This document shows positions 8,682 through 20,098 of a stretch of 53,287 bases of DNA, in pieces. The first letter of the stretch is position 1. Each line of letters begins with the position of its first letter. The position numbers and the translations under genes are program-made. Source of the stretch: Thermoanaerobaculia bacterium (GTDB lineage Bacteria; Acidobacteriota; Thermoanaerobaculia; Multivoradales; UBA5704); the NCBI GenBank assembly GCA_035462575.1, contig DATHUD010000712.1, positions 1 to 53,287 on the forward strand, written 5' to 3'. Below the pieces are notes generated by a model. It was given only the letters and a program-made list of their open reading frames with translations, did not search any database and was not told the DNA's origin.

Positions 8682-9251
8682 TCAGCCCGGCCGCCACCAC
8701 CGGCCGGGGAGGAGGGCCATCGTCCGGTCCGGGATGAAGCCCTCGGAGACGGAGCGGACGTCCGAGACGGAGACGAAGGCCTTGGGGTGCGAGGCGCGGA
8801 CGATCTCCATCAGGCGGTCGAAGTCTTTTCTTCGGATGACGGTGAAGATCAGGCGGACGTTGCCGGAGATGCCCCGGGCGGCGAAGTCGGTGGCTCCGAA
8901 GTGTTGCGAGCGGAGGTTGGCGATCAGGTCCGTCGCGTCTTCCGGGGTGATGATCTGCACGGAGAGGAGCCCCAGGGCGAGGCGGCGCTCGATCGAGATG
9001 CCGACCCAGGTGCCGGCGGCGAAGCCCGCGGCGTAGGCCATGAGGTTGATCCAGTTGTCGAGGCGCTGCATGACCTGGCTGATCGCGAAGAGCCAGATCA
9101 GGACCTCGAAGAAGCCGATGAACGGGGCCAGGTGCCGCATCCCGCGGGAGACGAGGATGATCCGCAGCGTCGAGAGCGACACGTCGCCCAGCCGGGCGCA
9201 GAAGATGAGGAGCGGGAGGGTCACCTCGGGGAAGGGGAGGGAGAGGTCCAT
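8682..9251 (-). CDS. UPF0316/DUF2179-family membrane protein
   Basis: 189 aa with three N-terminal hydrophobic helices followed by a soluble C-terminal domain (IFTVIRRKDFDRLMEIV...VSVSDV), as in the UPF0316 family. Its start abuts the stop of the upstream gene. Confidence 0.75.
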   Translation of the reverse strand: MDLSLPFPEVTLPLLIFCARLGDVSLSTLRIILVSRGMRHLAPFIGFFEVLIWLFAISQVMQRLDNWINLMAYAAGFAAGTWVGISIERRLALGLLSVQIITPEDATDLIANLRSQHFGATDFAARGISGNVRLIFTVIRRKDFDRLMEIVRASHPKAFVSVSDVRSVSEGFIPDRTMALLPGRWWRPG

Positions 9252-10067
9252 TCAGCCGAGGTCCTCGCAGTAGCGCACGTAGTCGTCGAGCACGCGGTCC
9301 ATGGACGTCCGCTCCCGGACCTCGCGCATCTTCTCGAGCCCCTGCTTCCAGAGCGGCCCTCCGAAGCTCGCCCGGGCGTGGTCCACGGCCGCGGCGAGGC
9401 TCTCCCGGTTGGGCTCGCAGTAGAAGGGGTAGTCCGGCCCCAGGAGCTCCAGGGTGCTCTCGTCTCGGGTGGTCACGAGGTTCGCGGCGCAGGCGGCGGC
9501 GGTCGAGACCTTGCAGTTGGGCTTGTAGAGGAAGTCCCGCCCGGGCTCGCGCATGGAGAGGTGGCAGTTGTAGCGCAGGCCGTTTTCGAACCAGTTGGAC
9601 GAGAAGCTGGGGATGTCCGGCCGCCGGGCCCACTCGGGGGAGGAGCGCGGGTCTCCCAGGTAGGCGATCTCGAAGCGGGAGAGGCCCACCTCGTTCGGCC
9701 GGTAGCGAGGGTCCCACTGGTGGTAGATCACCCGGCAGAGCTTCCCGGGTCTCCCGAAGTCTTCGAGCTGGCGCCGGTTCTTGAAGATCAGGCCGTCGAA
9801 GAGCCAGCGGTTCTTGAGGTGGCGTTTGAAGACGATCGTGTCCTGGACGTCGAGGACCGTGCGGTGGCCCCGCCGCTTCGCGCCCAGGAGGTCGGGGAGC
9901 TTGGAGGTCTTGATGAAGATGAGGATCGAGTCGCGGAGGCCGGGCAGGTCTTGCGGATAGACCGCCCGGCTTTCGAGGCCCCGCGCGCGCAGACCTTCGC
10001 TCACCTGGTCGGCCCCCATGAGGGTCGACCCCTTGTCGTAATACTTGACGAAATAGATGGGCCGCAT
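9252..10067 (-). CDS. Hypothetical protein (function unknown)
   Basis: 271-aa ORF with coding-like composition, packed between a small membrane ORF and the UPF0316 gene on the same strand. I recognise no diagnostic motif. Confidence 0.55.
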   Translation of the reverse strand: MRPIYFVKYYDKGSTLMGADQVSEGLRARGLESRAVYPQDLPGLRDSILIFIKTSKLPDLLGAKRRGHRTVLDVQDTIVFKRHLKNRWLFDGLIFKNRRQLEDFGRPGKLCRVIYHQWDPRYRPNEVGLSRFEIAYLGDPRSSPEWARRPDIPSFSSNWFENGLRYNCHLSMREPGRDFLYKPNCKVSTAAACAANLVTTRDESTLELLGPDYPFYCEPNRESLAAAVDHARASFGGPLWKQGLEKMREVRERTSMDRVLDDYVRYCEDLG

Positions 10068-10078
10068 GGAGCGACGGG

Positions 10079-10237
10079 TCAGCGGCCCAGGAGGAGGAGG
10101 ATTCCCGCGAGCAGCGCGAGGAGCCCCATGATCACGCCGCTCGCGGGGAAGCCGAAGCCGGTCAACGTCATCAGTCCGGACAGCACGAGATAGACGCCCA
10201 GGATCACCAGTCCGAGGCTGCGAGCACTTCTGGCCAT
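10079..10237 (-). CDS. Small hydrophobic membrane protein (52 aa), absent from the ORF track
   Basis: My translation is MARSARSLGLVILGVYLVLSGLMTLTGFGFPASGVIMGLLALLAGILLLLGR, which gives two predicted TM helices. A strong SD (AAAGGAGAGG) lies directly upstream of the ATG at 10235-10237. It is the first gene of the 10237-8682 minus-strand cluster. Confidence 0.55.
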   Translation of the reverse strand: MARSARSLGLVILGVYLVLSGLMTLTGFGFPASGVIMGLLALLAGILLLLGR

Positions 10238-10338
10238 GACCTCTCCTTTTGAGGAACCGGACGGCGCTTTCGTGCGCGCCCGGGTTTCACCGCGGCCGGG
10301 TCTTCCAAAGCAGCGGCTCTAGGATATCGTTCCTGGCC

Positions 10339-11124
10339 ATGACCAGGACCCCTCACAATCCCTATGACCTGACCGGCAAGGTGGCGGTGGTGACCGGAGC
10401 CTCCCGCGGCATCGGCGAGGCGATCGCGACGGCGCTCGCGGCGATGGGCGCCCGGGTGGTGCTCGCGAGCCGGAAGATCGAAACGCTCGAAGCCACCGCG
10501 AAGCTCATCCGCGACAGCGGCGGCGACGCCCTGGCCGTGGCCTGCCACACGGGCCGGGAGGCGGACGTCCAGGCCCTCCTGGCCCGCGCCCGCGAGGAAT
10601 ACGGCGGCGTCGACATCGCGATCAACAACGCGGCCACGAGCCCCCATTTCGGCCCGATCCTCACGGCCGAGGAGGGCCACTGGGACAAGACGTTCGAGGT
10701 GAACGTCAAGGGGTACATGCACGTGGTCCGCGCCGCGGTCCCCCTGATGAAGGAGCGCGGCGGCGGCGCGATCGTGAACGTGGCCTCGGTCGCGGGGATG
10801 GTCCCCCACACGGGGCTGGGCGTCTACGGGGTGAGCAAGGCCGCGGTGATCATGCTCACGAAGACGCTGGCGATCGAGCTCGCGGGGGACAACATCCGCG
10901 TCAACGCCCTCGCCCCGGGCCTGATCGAGACCCGCTTTTCGGAGGCGCTCCGCTCCACCCCCGAGATGCTGGAGCGGGCGCTGCGCTCGATCCCCCAGCA
11001 CCGCATCGGCCAGCCGGACGACCTCGTGGGCGCGGTGCTGTACCTCGCGAGCGACGCGTCGCGGTTCACGACGGGGGCGGTGCTGGTGGTGGATGGGGGG
11101 CAGACGGTGAATCTGGCGTATTGA
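10339..11124 (+). CDS. SDR-family oxidoreductase
   Basis: TGASRGIG cofactor motif, NNAA, and catalytic Y-x3-K (YGVSKAA). Start at ATG 10339 (MTRTPHNPYDLTGKVAVVTGAS...). Confidence 0.9.
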   Translation: MTRTPHNPYDLTGKVAVVTGASRGIGEAIATALAAMGARVVLASRKIETLEATAKLIRDSGGDALAVACHTGREADVQALLARAREEYGGVDIAINNAATSPHFGPILTAEEGHWDKTFEVNVKGYMHVVRAAVPLMKERGGGAIVNVASVAGMVPHTGLGVYGVSKAAVIMLTKTLAIELAGDNIRVNALAPGLIETRFSEALRSTPEMLERALRSIPQHRIGQPDDLVGAVLYLASDASRFTTGAVLVVDGGQTVNLAY

Positions 11125-12106
11125 GGAGCCCCTCCACCTCGCGGAGGAACGCGTCCGCCTTTCCGTTCAGCCAGCTCTCCTCGAGATCCCCGAACAACCG
11201 GTCCCTCCGGGCGCGGTTCAGGCGCGCCAGGGAGATCAGGCCGGATTCGTTCGCGCGGCGCCCGGCCACCCGGATCACCCTCTCGTCTTCGGTCCCCTGA
11301 AGAGAGAGGGCGAGGAGGTGGCGGGCCCGCTCGGTGGCGGCGGTCTCGACGGCCTGGGCGAGCTCGGTTTCTAAGACGTGGGCGTCGTGAAGCTCGCCGA
11401 GGAGGTCCTGGACGGCCTTGAAGCGCTTGACCACGAGGGGCGCGCCGGGGATCTCGCCGGCCAGAGGCTCCAGCAGGTAGCGGAGGCGCTTGGCCTCTAT
11501 GCGGGCTTCGTGGGCCTCCTCCTCGTCCTCGGGTCCCCCGATCTTCGCGAGGTGCTTTTCGAGCTCCGCCACCTCCTCCTTGAGGATCTTCGCGGTGACG
11601 TCTCCCAGGGTGATCCGGTGGGGGGAGCCGTCCAGGTGGACCTCGGTGTGGAAGACGGAGAGGCGGCGCCGCAGGTTCTCTTCCACCTTCACGAACTCGC
11701 GGGCGAGCTCGGCCTCCATCTCGGCGTAGGCGGCGCGCATCCTCTCTTCGAGCCGGGCGAGGAGCCACTGGAGGCCGGCCCGGTGGTAGGAGGAGAGGTG
11801 CCGGGAGCGCCCGCGCAGCCACTCGATCTGGACCTCGGTGTCGCGGCCGGGGCCGGTCGACTGCGCGAGGCGCCGCAGCCGCTTCCGGAGCTTCCTGGGG
11901 AGGCTCTTTTCGACCCATTCGCCATAGGAGCGCAGAGAGCTCCGCAGCCTTCTCAAGGCCACCCGGAAATCGTGGAGGGCTTCGGTGTCCTCGGGATCAT
12001 GGACGCGGGGCCACGCCGCGGCGGCCTGGTCCAGGTAGGAGAGGGCCAGGAGGCGGGCGCCTTCCTCGGGGGTGCGGGAGAGGAGGCCGTCGGTTGTGGG
12101 AGCCAT
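11066..12106 (-). CDS. CHAD domain-containing protein
   Basis: Helical protein with the conserved His/Arg motifs HDFRVALRRLRS and HEARIEAKRLRY. It lies 4 bp downstream of sixA. Its 3' end overlaps the convergent SDR gene by 59 bp. Confidence 0.8.
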   Translation of the reverse strand: MAPTTDGLLSRTPEEGARLLALSYLDQAAAAWPRVHDPEDTEALHDFRVALRRLRSSLRSYGEWVEKSLPRKLRKRLRRLAQSTGPGRDTEVQIEWLRGRSRHLSSYHRAGLQWLLARLEERMRAAYAEMEAELAREFVKVEENLRRRLSVFHTEVHLDGSPHRITLGDVTAKILKEEVAELEKHLAKIGGPEDEEEAHEARIEAKRLRYLLEPLAGEIPGAPLVVKRFKAVQDLLGELHDAHVLETELAQAVETAATERARHLLALSLQGTEDERVIRVAGRRANESGLISLARLNRARRDRLFGDLEESWLNGKADAFLREVEGLLNTPDSPSAPHPPPAPPPS

Positions 12107-12110
12107 GGGA

Positions 12111-12614
12111 TCAGTCTGCCAGGTTCCGGAGCTGGCCGGGGGCGAGGGCCCAGAGGAGCGTGGCAGTGCCGGCTCCCACCTCGTCCGGGAACTCGAGGAG
12201 GCAGGCGCCTCCCTTGCGGAAGGAGAAGAGGCGCCGCTCGTTGCCGGTCAGGAGCCAGGAGAGGATCAGGCTCAGGCTCGGCTCGTGACCGACGGCGGCG
12301 ATCGTCTCCGCCTTCTGCTTGCGCAGCCAGCGGAGGAATTCGGTGGGGGTGGCCTCGGGGGAGAGCTCTTCGATCTCCACCTCGGAGAGGCCGCCGTAGA
12401 CGGAGTCGAGGATGGCGGCCGTCTGGGCGGCCCGGGTGAGCGGGCTCGTGGCCAGGAGGTCGATCTCGGGGACCAGCTCCCGGAGCCCCTTGGCGTTCTG
12501 CTTCATCTTCTTGCGGCCGTCGTCGGTCAACGGCCGCTGGCGGTCGTCCTTGCCGGTGCGCGCAAAGTCCTCGGGCTCTTCGGCGATGGCGTGGCGGATC
12601 AGGAGAAGTTTCAT
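12111..12614 (-). CDS. sixA: Phosphohistidine phosphatase SixA
   Basis: 167 aa with the histidine phosphatase motif LIRHAIA near the N-terminus and a downstream GHEP motif. Confidence 0.85.
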   Translation of the reverse strand: MKLLLIRHAIAEEPEDFARTGKDDRQRPLTDDGRKKMKQNAKGLRELVPEIDLLATSPLTRAAQTAAILDSVYGGLSEVEIEELSPEATPTEFLRWLRKQKAETIAAVGHEPSLSLILSWLLTGNERRLFSFRKGGACLLEFPDEVGAGTATLLWALAPGQLRNLAD

Positions 12615-12850
12615 ACGGGCACCTCGAATCCGGAAAAATACCGCGTTCGACCGTTCGAAAGAACCCCTGGATCAAAAAGAGGCCGGAAAGGGCAAGGGGA
12701 CCACCGGCCCGCAACCCCGTCCCGGCCTGACGACAGGCGCGGAGGTTTATCGCGGGGTGGACGGTATGGGATGGGGCTTAAGGAAGCGGTGACGGGGGTG
12801 TGGCGAGGGGGTGACAGGTGGGGAGACCGGTCCCGAAGGATGGAATCCGG

Positions 12851-12884
12851 CTGTAGGGGCGGCCCTGTGTGGCCGCCCCTACAG
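12851..12884. repeat. REP-like GC hairpin (14-bp stem, 6-nt loop); probable spy terminator
   Basis: CTGTAGGGGCGGCC-CTGTGT-GGCCGCCCCTACAG lies 22 bp beyond the spy stop. The same core GTAGGGGCGGCCCTGTGTGGCCGCCCC recurs at 27553. Confidence 0.6.
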
Positions 12885-12905
12885 GTCGTTTCCGACGGAC
12901 CCGGT

Positions 12906-13352
12906 TTACTCGTCTTCCTCGCGTCCCAGCCCGGCGGCCTCTTTCAGGGCCTCGTACTTCGCGAGTTGCTCGGGGGTGAGGATGGCCGAGAAGGCGGTGT
13001 CGAACTCCTCGTATTCGGCGCGGATCCTGTCGCCGTTCTCGTGGACGGCGAGCGCGGCCTCGCCGACCTCGCAGGCGTTCGGGCTGGCGGCATTGATCTC
13101 GGCCTGGAGTGCCTCGCGCAAGGGCTTCCTGGCCTCACGGAGAGGCTTGACGTCGGCTTCGAGGTCCTCCCGGAGCGTCTTGAAGGTCGCGACCTGGTCG
13201 GGGGTGAGCCTCAGGAAGCGGGCGAGGGCGCGCGGGTTCTTGAGGATCTGCTCCGCGTTCTGGCCTCCGCGCGGGGCGGCCTCGGCCGCGAAGGGGAGGA
13301 CGAGGAGGGCGGCGAGGGCGGTGGCGAACAGCATCAGCTTTCTTGCGTTCAT
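12906..13352 (-). CDS. Spy/CpxP-family periplasmic chaperone-like protein
   Basis: Signal peptide (MNARKLMLFATALAALLVLPFAAEA), helical and charged, with two LTxxQ motifs (LTPDQ, LTPEQ). Confidence 0.75.
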   Translation of the reverse strand: MNARKLMLFATALAALLVLPFAAEAAPRGGQNAEQILKNPRALARFLRLTPDQVATFKTLREDLEADVKPLREARKPLREALQAEINAASPNACEVGEAALAVHENGDRIRAEYEEFDTAFSAILTPEQLAKYEALKEAAGLGREEDE

Positions 13353-13508
13353 GAGTGCGTGTCTCCTGGGTCGGGGCCCTGGGGCCCGGGTTCAGATCCT
13401 TCTTCCCCTTGAACCCTCGACCCAGGGATTTCCTGCGGCCTGTGATAGCGTTTTCCGGGCCTCCCAGGGGAGGCCCGGCAGCCCATCCTTTAAGGACCCG
13501 TCAGACCT

Positions 13509-14603
13509 ATGGCCAAAAGCGACGGTTTGAAGCGTACGCCCCTCTACGACTGCCACCTGGAGGCCGGAGCGCGCATCGTGGATTTCGCCGGCTGGGAGAT
13601 GCCGGTCCAGTATGCCGGGGTGATCGAGGAGCACCGGGCCGTGCGCACTGCGGTGGGCCTCTTCGACGTCTCCCACATGGGCGAGGTCCGGGTGCGCGGG
13701 GAGGGGGCCGAAGCGTTCCTCCAGCGGATCACCCCCAACGACGTCGCGAAGCTCTCCCCGGGGCGGGCCCACTACAGCGGCCTCCTGACCGAGCGCGGCA
13801 CCTACGTGGACGACCTCCTGATCTACCGCCGGGCGGCGGACGACTTCCTGGTGGTCGTCAACGCCTCGAACGCGGACCGCGACTTCGAGTGGATGGCCTC
13901 GCGGGCGGGAAGGGAGGCCGAGGTCGAAAACGTCAGCGACCGCTACGCCCTTCTGGCCCTCCAGGGGCCCAAGGCGGTGGAGATCCTCACCCCTCTCGCC
14001 ACCCCGGGTGCTGCGGCCCTTCGCTACTACGGGTTTCTCGACGGTGAGGTGGCAGGCGTGCCGGCGCTGATCTCGCGCACCGGTTATACAGGGGAGGACG
14101 GCTTCGAGCTGTATCTGGCGCCGGAGGACGCCCCGGAGGTCTGGCGCCGGCTGGTGGCGGCGGGGGCCTCTCCCGCGGGCCTCGGCGCGCGGGACACCCT
14201 GCGGCTGGAAGCGGCGATGGCCCTCTACGGGCATGAGATCGACGAGGCGACGACCCCCTTCGAGGCGGGGCTCGCCTGGGTGGTCAAGCTCGACAAGGGG
14301 GACTTCCTCGGCCGCGACGCCCTGGCCGCCCAGCGCGAGCGGGGGGTGGGCAAGAAGCTCGTGGGGTTTACGGTCGAGGGACGGGGAATCGCGCGCCAGG
14401 GGCACGGGGTTCTTTCGGAAGGAGGAGAGAACGTGGGAGCGGTGACCAGCGGAACGTGGAGCCCGACCTACGAGAAGGCGCTCGGGCTGGCCTACGTGCC
14501 GCCGGAGATGGCCTCGCCGGGCACGGCGATCACCGTGGACGTGCGCGGCAAGGGCCTTCCCGCCGTCGTCGTGGAGACGCCTTTCTATCGCCGTCCGCGG
14601 TAG
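13509..14603 (+). CDS. gcvT: Glycine cleavage system aminomethyltransferase GcvT
   Basis: 364 aa. [29 protein letters not shown] and FDVSHMGE are typical of GcvT. It is followed by gcvH and gcvP. Confidence 0.95.
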   Translation: MAKSDGLKRTPLYDCHLEAGARIVDFAGWEMPVQYAGVIEEHRAVRTAVGLFDVSHMGEVRVRGEGAEAFLQRITPNDVAKLSPGRAHYSGLLTERGTYVDDLLIYRRAADDFLVVVNASNADRDFEWMASRAGREAEVENVSDRYALLALQGPKAVEILTPLATPGAAALRYYGFLDGEVAGVPALISRTGYTGEDGFELYLAPEDAPEVWRRLVAAGASPAGLGARDTLRLEAAMALYGHEIDEATTPFEAGLAWVVKLDKGDFLGRDALAAQRERGVGKKLVGFTVEGRGIARQGHGVLSEGGENVGAVTSGTWSPTYEKALGLAYVPPEMASPGTAITVDVRGKGLPAVVVETPFYRRPR

Positions 14604-14750
14604 GGTGGAGCCTCCGATCGAATGTGGTGGTATAACTGGATTCAACCGGATCGGTCTCCCCTCGAGAAGTGAGCGCCTGACATCCACGAGCCTGGGACGG
14701 CTCGGGGGCGCCGGCCGACCGGAATCAGTCAACTGGAGGGTGGTGAGCCA

Positions 14751-15123
14751 ATGTATCCAAGCGAGTATCTCTATTCGAGGGAGCATGAGTGGATCCGGGT
14801 CCAGGACGACGTGTGCACCCTCGGGATCACCGAGTTTGCGCAGCAGGAGCTGGGCGAGGTGGTCTTCGTCGAGCTTCCCGAGGTCGGCCAGGTCTTCGAC
14901 GCGAACGACGAGCTGGGGACGATCGAGTCCGTGAAGGCCGTCGCGGAGGTCTACACGCCGGTCGCCGGGGAGGTCGTCGAGGTCAACGACGCGGTCGTGG
15001 ACGACCCCGAGCTGCTGAACGAGGATCCGCACAGCGAAGGCTGGCTGATCAAGATGCGGTTCTCGTCCGCGGCGGACTTGAAGAGCCTGATGAATGCCGA
15101 GGCCTACGAGGAGTACGTGAAGA

Positions 15124-15137
<14 letters not shown>
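14751..15137 (+). CDS. gcvH: Glycine cleavage system protein H
   Basis: 128 aa with the lipoyl-lysine motif TIESVKAV. Confidence 0.95.
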
Positions 15138-18099
<2,962 letters not shown>

Positions 18100-18111
18100 G
18101 AAGCGGATGGC

Positions 18112-18489
18112 GTGAAGAGGCTCGAGCCTGTCCTGTTCGGCCTCTTTCTCGCCTGCTGGCTCGTCGATCTGCTCGTCCTCCTGCGGGTGGTCTGGTTTGC
18201 CGGCATGCTCCCGATGACGCTCTACGGCCTCTACACAGTGGCCGTCGCGTTCGGGTGGCTCTTCGGCAATATCTACGTGCGCCGGAGGCGGGGCCTCCCT
18301 CCGTCCGTCCGCCGCCGGCTTCTCCTCCTCTACATCGTCGGCCCGCCGGGGATCCTCTACCTGCTGCGCTACATGACCCCGATCCAGCTCCAGCGGGAGG
18401 CGCCCTTCGTCCCGCTCTATGCCTTCTGCGTCTTCGTGATTCTGTTCCTGGTGCCGGTGACGATCCTGAAGCTCCCGGAGAAGAGATGA
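18112..18489 (+). CDS. Hypothetical integral membrane protein
   Basis: 125 aa with about four hydrophobic helices. Tightly packed: GTG start 12 nt after the gcvP stop, and its stop overlaps the larE start (ATGA). Confidence 0.6.
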   Translation: MKRLEPVLFGLFLACWLVDLLVLLRVVWFAGMLPMTLYGLYTVAVAFGWLFGNIYVRRRRGLPPSVRRRLLLLYIVGPPGILYLLRYMTPIQLQREAPFVPLYAFCVFVILFLVPVTILKLPEKR

Positions 18490-19325
18490 CCCGCGTGCTA
18501 GCATCCCCCCCGATGAGCGATCTCGGCCTCTCCGTCAGCATCGACGCCCTCGTCTCCGACCTCGCGGGCCGGGGATCGGCGCTCGTCGCCTACTCGGGCG
18601 GGGTCGACTCCGGGGTCGTGGCGGCCCTCGCGTTCCGGGCTCTGGGGGAGCGGGCGCTCGCGGTCACGGCGGCGGCGGAGACGCTCGCGGGCGCGGAGCT
18701 GGACTACGCCCGGAGCCTCGCGGCCGAGATCGGCATCCGCCACGAGACCGTGACGTACAGCGAGCTGGACGATCCCGAGTTCGTGGCGAACCCCGCCCAC
18801 CGGTGCTACGTGTGCCAGGGGATGCGGATGGGCACCATGGTCCGCCTCGCGGCCGAGCGCGGGTACGCGGTGGTTTTGGACGGTACCAACGCCTCCGACC
18901 CGGGGCCGGACCGGCCGGGCTTGCGGGCGGTGCGCGAGAGCGGGGTCTTCTCGCCCCTCCTCACGCACGGGGTGGACAAGGCCACGACCCGGGAGATCGC
19001 GCGCGCCCTGGGCCTCTCGGTGTGGGACCGCCCGGCGAACGCCTGCCTCTCCTCGCGCATCCCCCACGGGCAGCTCGTGACTCTCGGCAAGCTCCGGCGG
19101 ATCGAGGCGGCCGAGGAGGTGCTCGCGAAGGAGGGGTTCCGCGTGGTGCGGGTGCGCCACGAGCAGGGGGCGGCCCGGGTCGAGGTCGGCCCCGACGAGG
19201 TCTCCCGGCTCGCGGAGATCTGGAACGACCTGGCGCCGCGCCTCACCTCCCTCGGCTTCGATCGGGTGGCGTTCGACCCCCGGGGCTACCGCCGGGGCGG
19301 GGCCGACCTGGGCTCTCCATCGTGA
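18486..19325 (+). CDS. larE: ATP-dependent sacrificial sulfur transferase LarE
   Basis: PP-loop YSGGVDS and the Cys-containing motif NACLSSR are characteristic of LarE. It is the in-frame C-terminal 279 codons of the 1079-aa track ORF. Confidence 0.85.
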   Translation: MTRVLASPPMSDLGLSVSIDALVSDLAGRGSALVAYSGGVDSGVVAALAFRALGERALAVTAAAETLAGAELDYARSLAAEIGIRHETVTYSELDDPEFVANPAHRCYVCQGMRMGTMVRLAAERGYAVVLDGTNASDPGPDRPGLRAVRESGVFSPLLTHGVDKATTREIARALGLSVWDRPANACLSSRIPHGQLVTLGKLRRIEAAEEVLAKEGFRVVRVRHEQGAARVEVGPDEVSRLAEIWNDLAPRLTSLGFDRVAFDPRGYRRGGADLGSPS

Positions 19326-20098
19326 ATCCCCGGCAGCTCCGGCAGCTCCTCGAGTCCGTGGCCTCCGGTGACGTCTCGGCCGACGAGGCCCTGCGCGATC
19401 TCGCCGAGCTCCCCTACGCCGACCTGGGGTTCGCCAAGCTCGACCTCCACCGCGAGCTCAGGAACGGGCTCCCCGAGGCGGTCTACGCCGAGGGGAAGCG
19501 GACGGACGATCTGAAATCCATCACGGCGCGGATGCTCGAGGCCCACGGCAGGGTCCTCCTCACCCGGCTGCGGCCGGACGCGGCGGCGGAGGTGCTCGCC
19601 GCCTGGCCGGATGCGGTCTACCACGAGCGGGCCCGGATTCTCACCGCCGGCGCTCCGTCCGAGGCACTCCCCGGCTCGATCGCCGTCCTGGCCGCCGGAA
19701 CCTCGGACTTGGCAGTCGCGGAAGAGGCGGCGGTCTGCGCGGCCTGGTTCGGGCACTCCGTGGAGCGGTGCTACGACGTGGGGGTCGCCGGCCTCCACCG
19801 GCTGCTGGGCAACCTCCCTGCGCTCCGCCGCGCCGACGTGGTGGTGGCGGTGGCCGGCATGGACGGCGCCCTTCCCACGGTGGTCGCGGGGCTGGTCCGG
19901 GCCCCGGTCGTGGCCGTTCCCACGAGCGTCGGCTACGGCGCGAGCTTCGGGGGACTCGCCGCGCTCCTGACCATGCTGAACGCCTGCGCCCCGGGGATCG
20001 GCGTCGTCAACATCGACAACGGCTACGGCGCGGCGGTGCTGGCGAGCCGGATTGCCCGGTCTCAGGCAGGGCGCTCGACGAACATCGCATCCCCGTAG
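19322..20098 (+). CDS. larB: Nickel-pincer cofactor biosynthesis protein LarB (PurE-like carboxylase/hydrolase)
   Basis: AAGTSDLAVAEEA and VAGMDGALPTVVAGL motifs. The GTG start overlaps the larE stop (GTGA). The 3' end overlaps convergent queA by 37 bp. Confidence 0.85.
   Translation: MNPRQLRQLLESVASGDVSADEALRDLAELPYADLGFAKLDLHRELRNGLPEAVYAEGKRTDDLKSITARMLEAHGRVLLTRLRPDAAAEVLAAWPDAVYHERARILTAGAPSEALPGSIAVLAAGTSDLAVAEEAAVCAAWFGHSVERCYDVGVAGLHRLLGNLPALRRADVVVAVAGMDGALPTVVAGLVRAPVVAVPTSVGYGASFGGLAALLTMLNACAPGIGVVNIDNGYGAAVLASRIARSQAGRSTNIASP

Noticed and set aside
7762-9717. 651-aa reading of the second Uma2 ORF
   Set aside because: The N-terminal ~385 codons run antisense through the UPF0316 gene and the 271-aa gene, and are Arg/Pro/Gly-rich. 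The Uma2 homology begins at MSQPAV (8559), just as in the paralog.
13353-13508. Glycine riboswitch upstream of gcvT
   Set aside because: I looked for the tandem aptamer hallmarks (GGAGAG...CACCGAAGGGGCAA-like cores) and found none. There are only generic GC hairpins (for example 13455-13478). A covariance-model scan (Rfam glycine model) would settle this.
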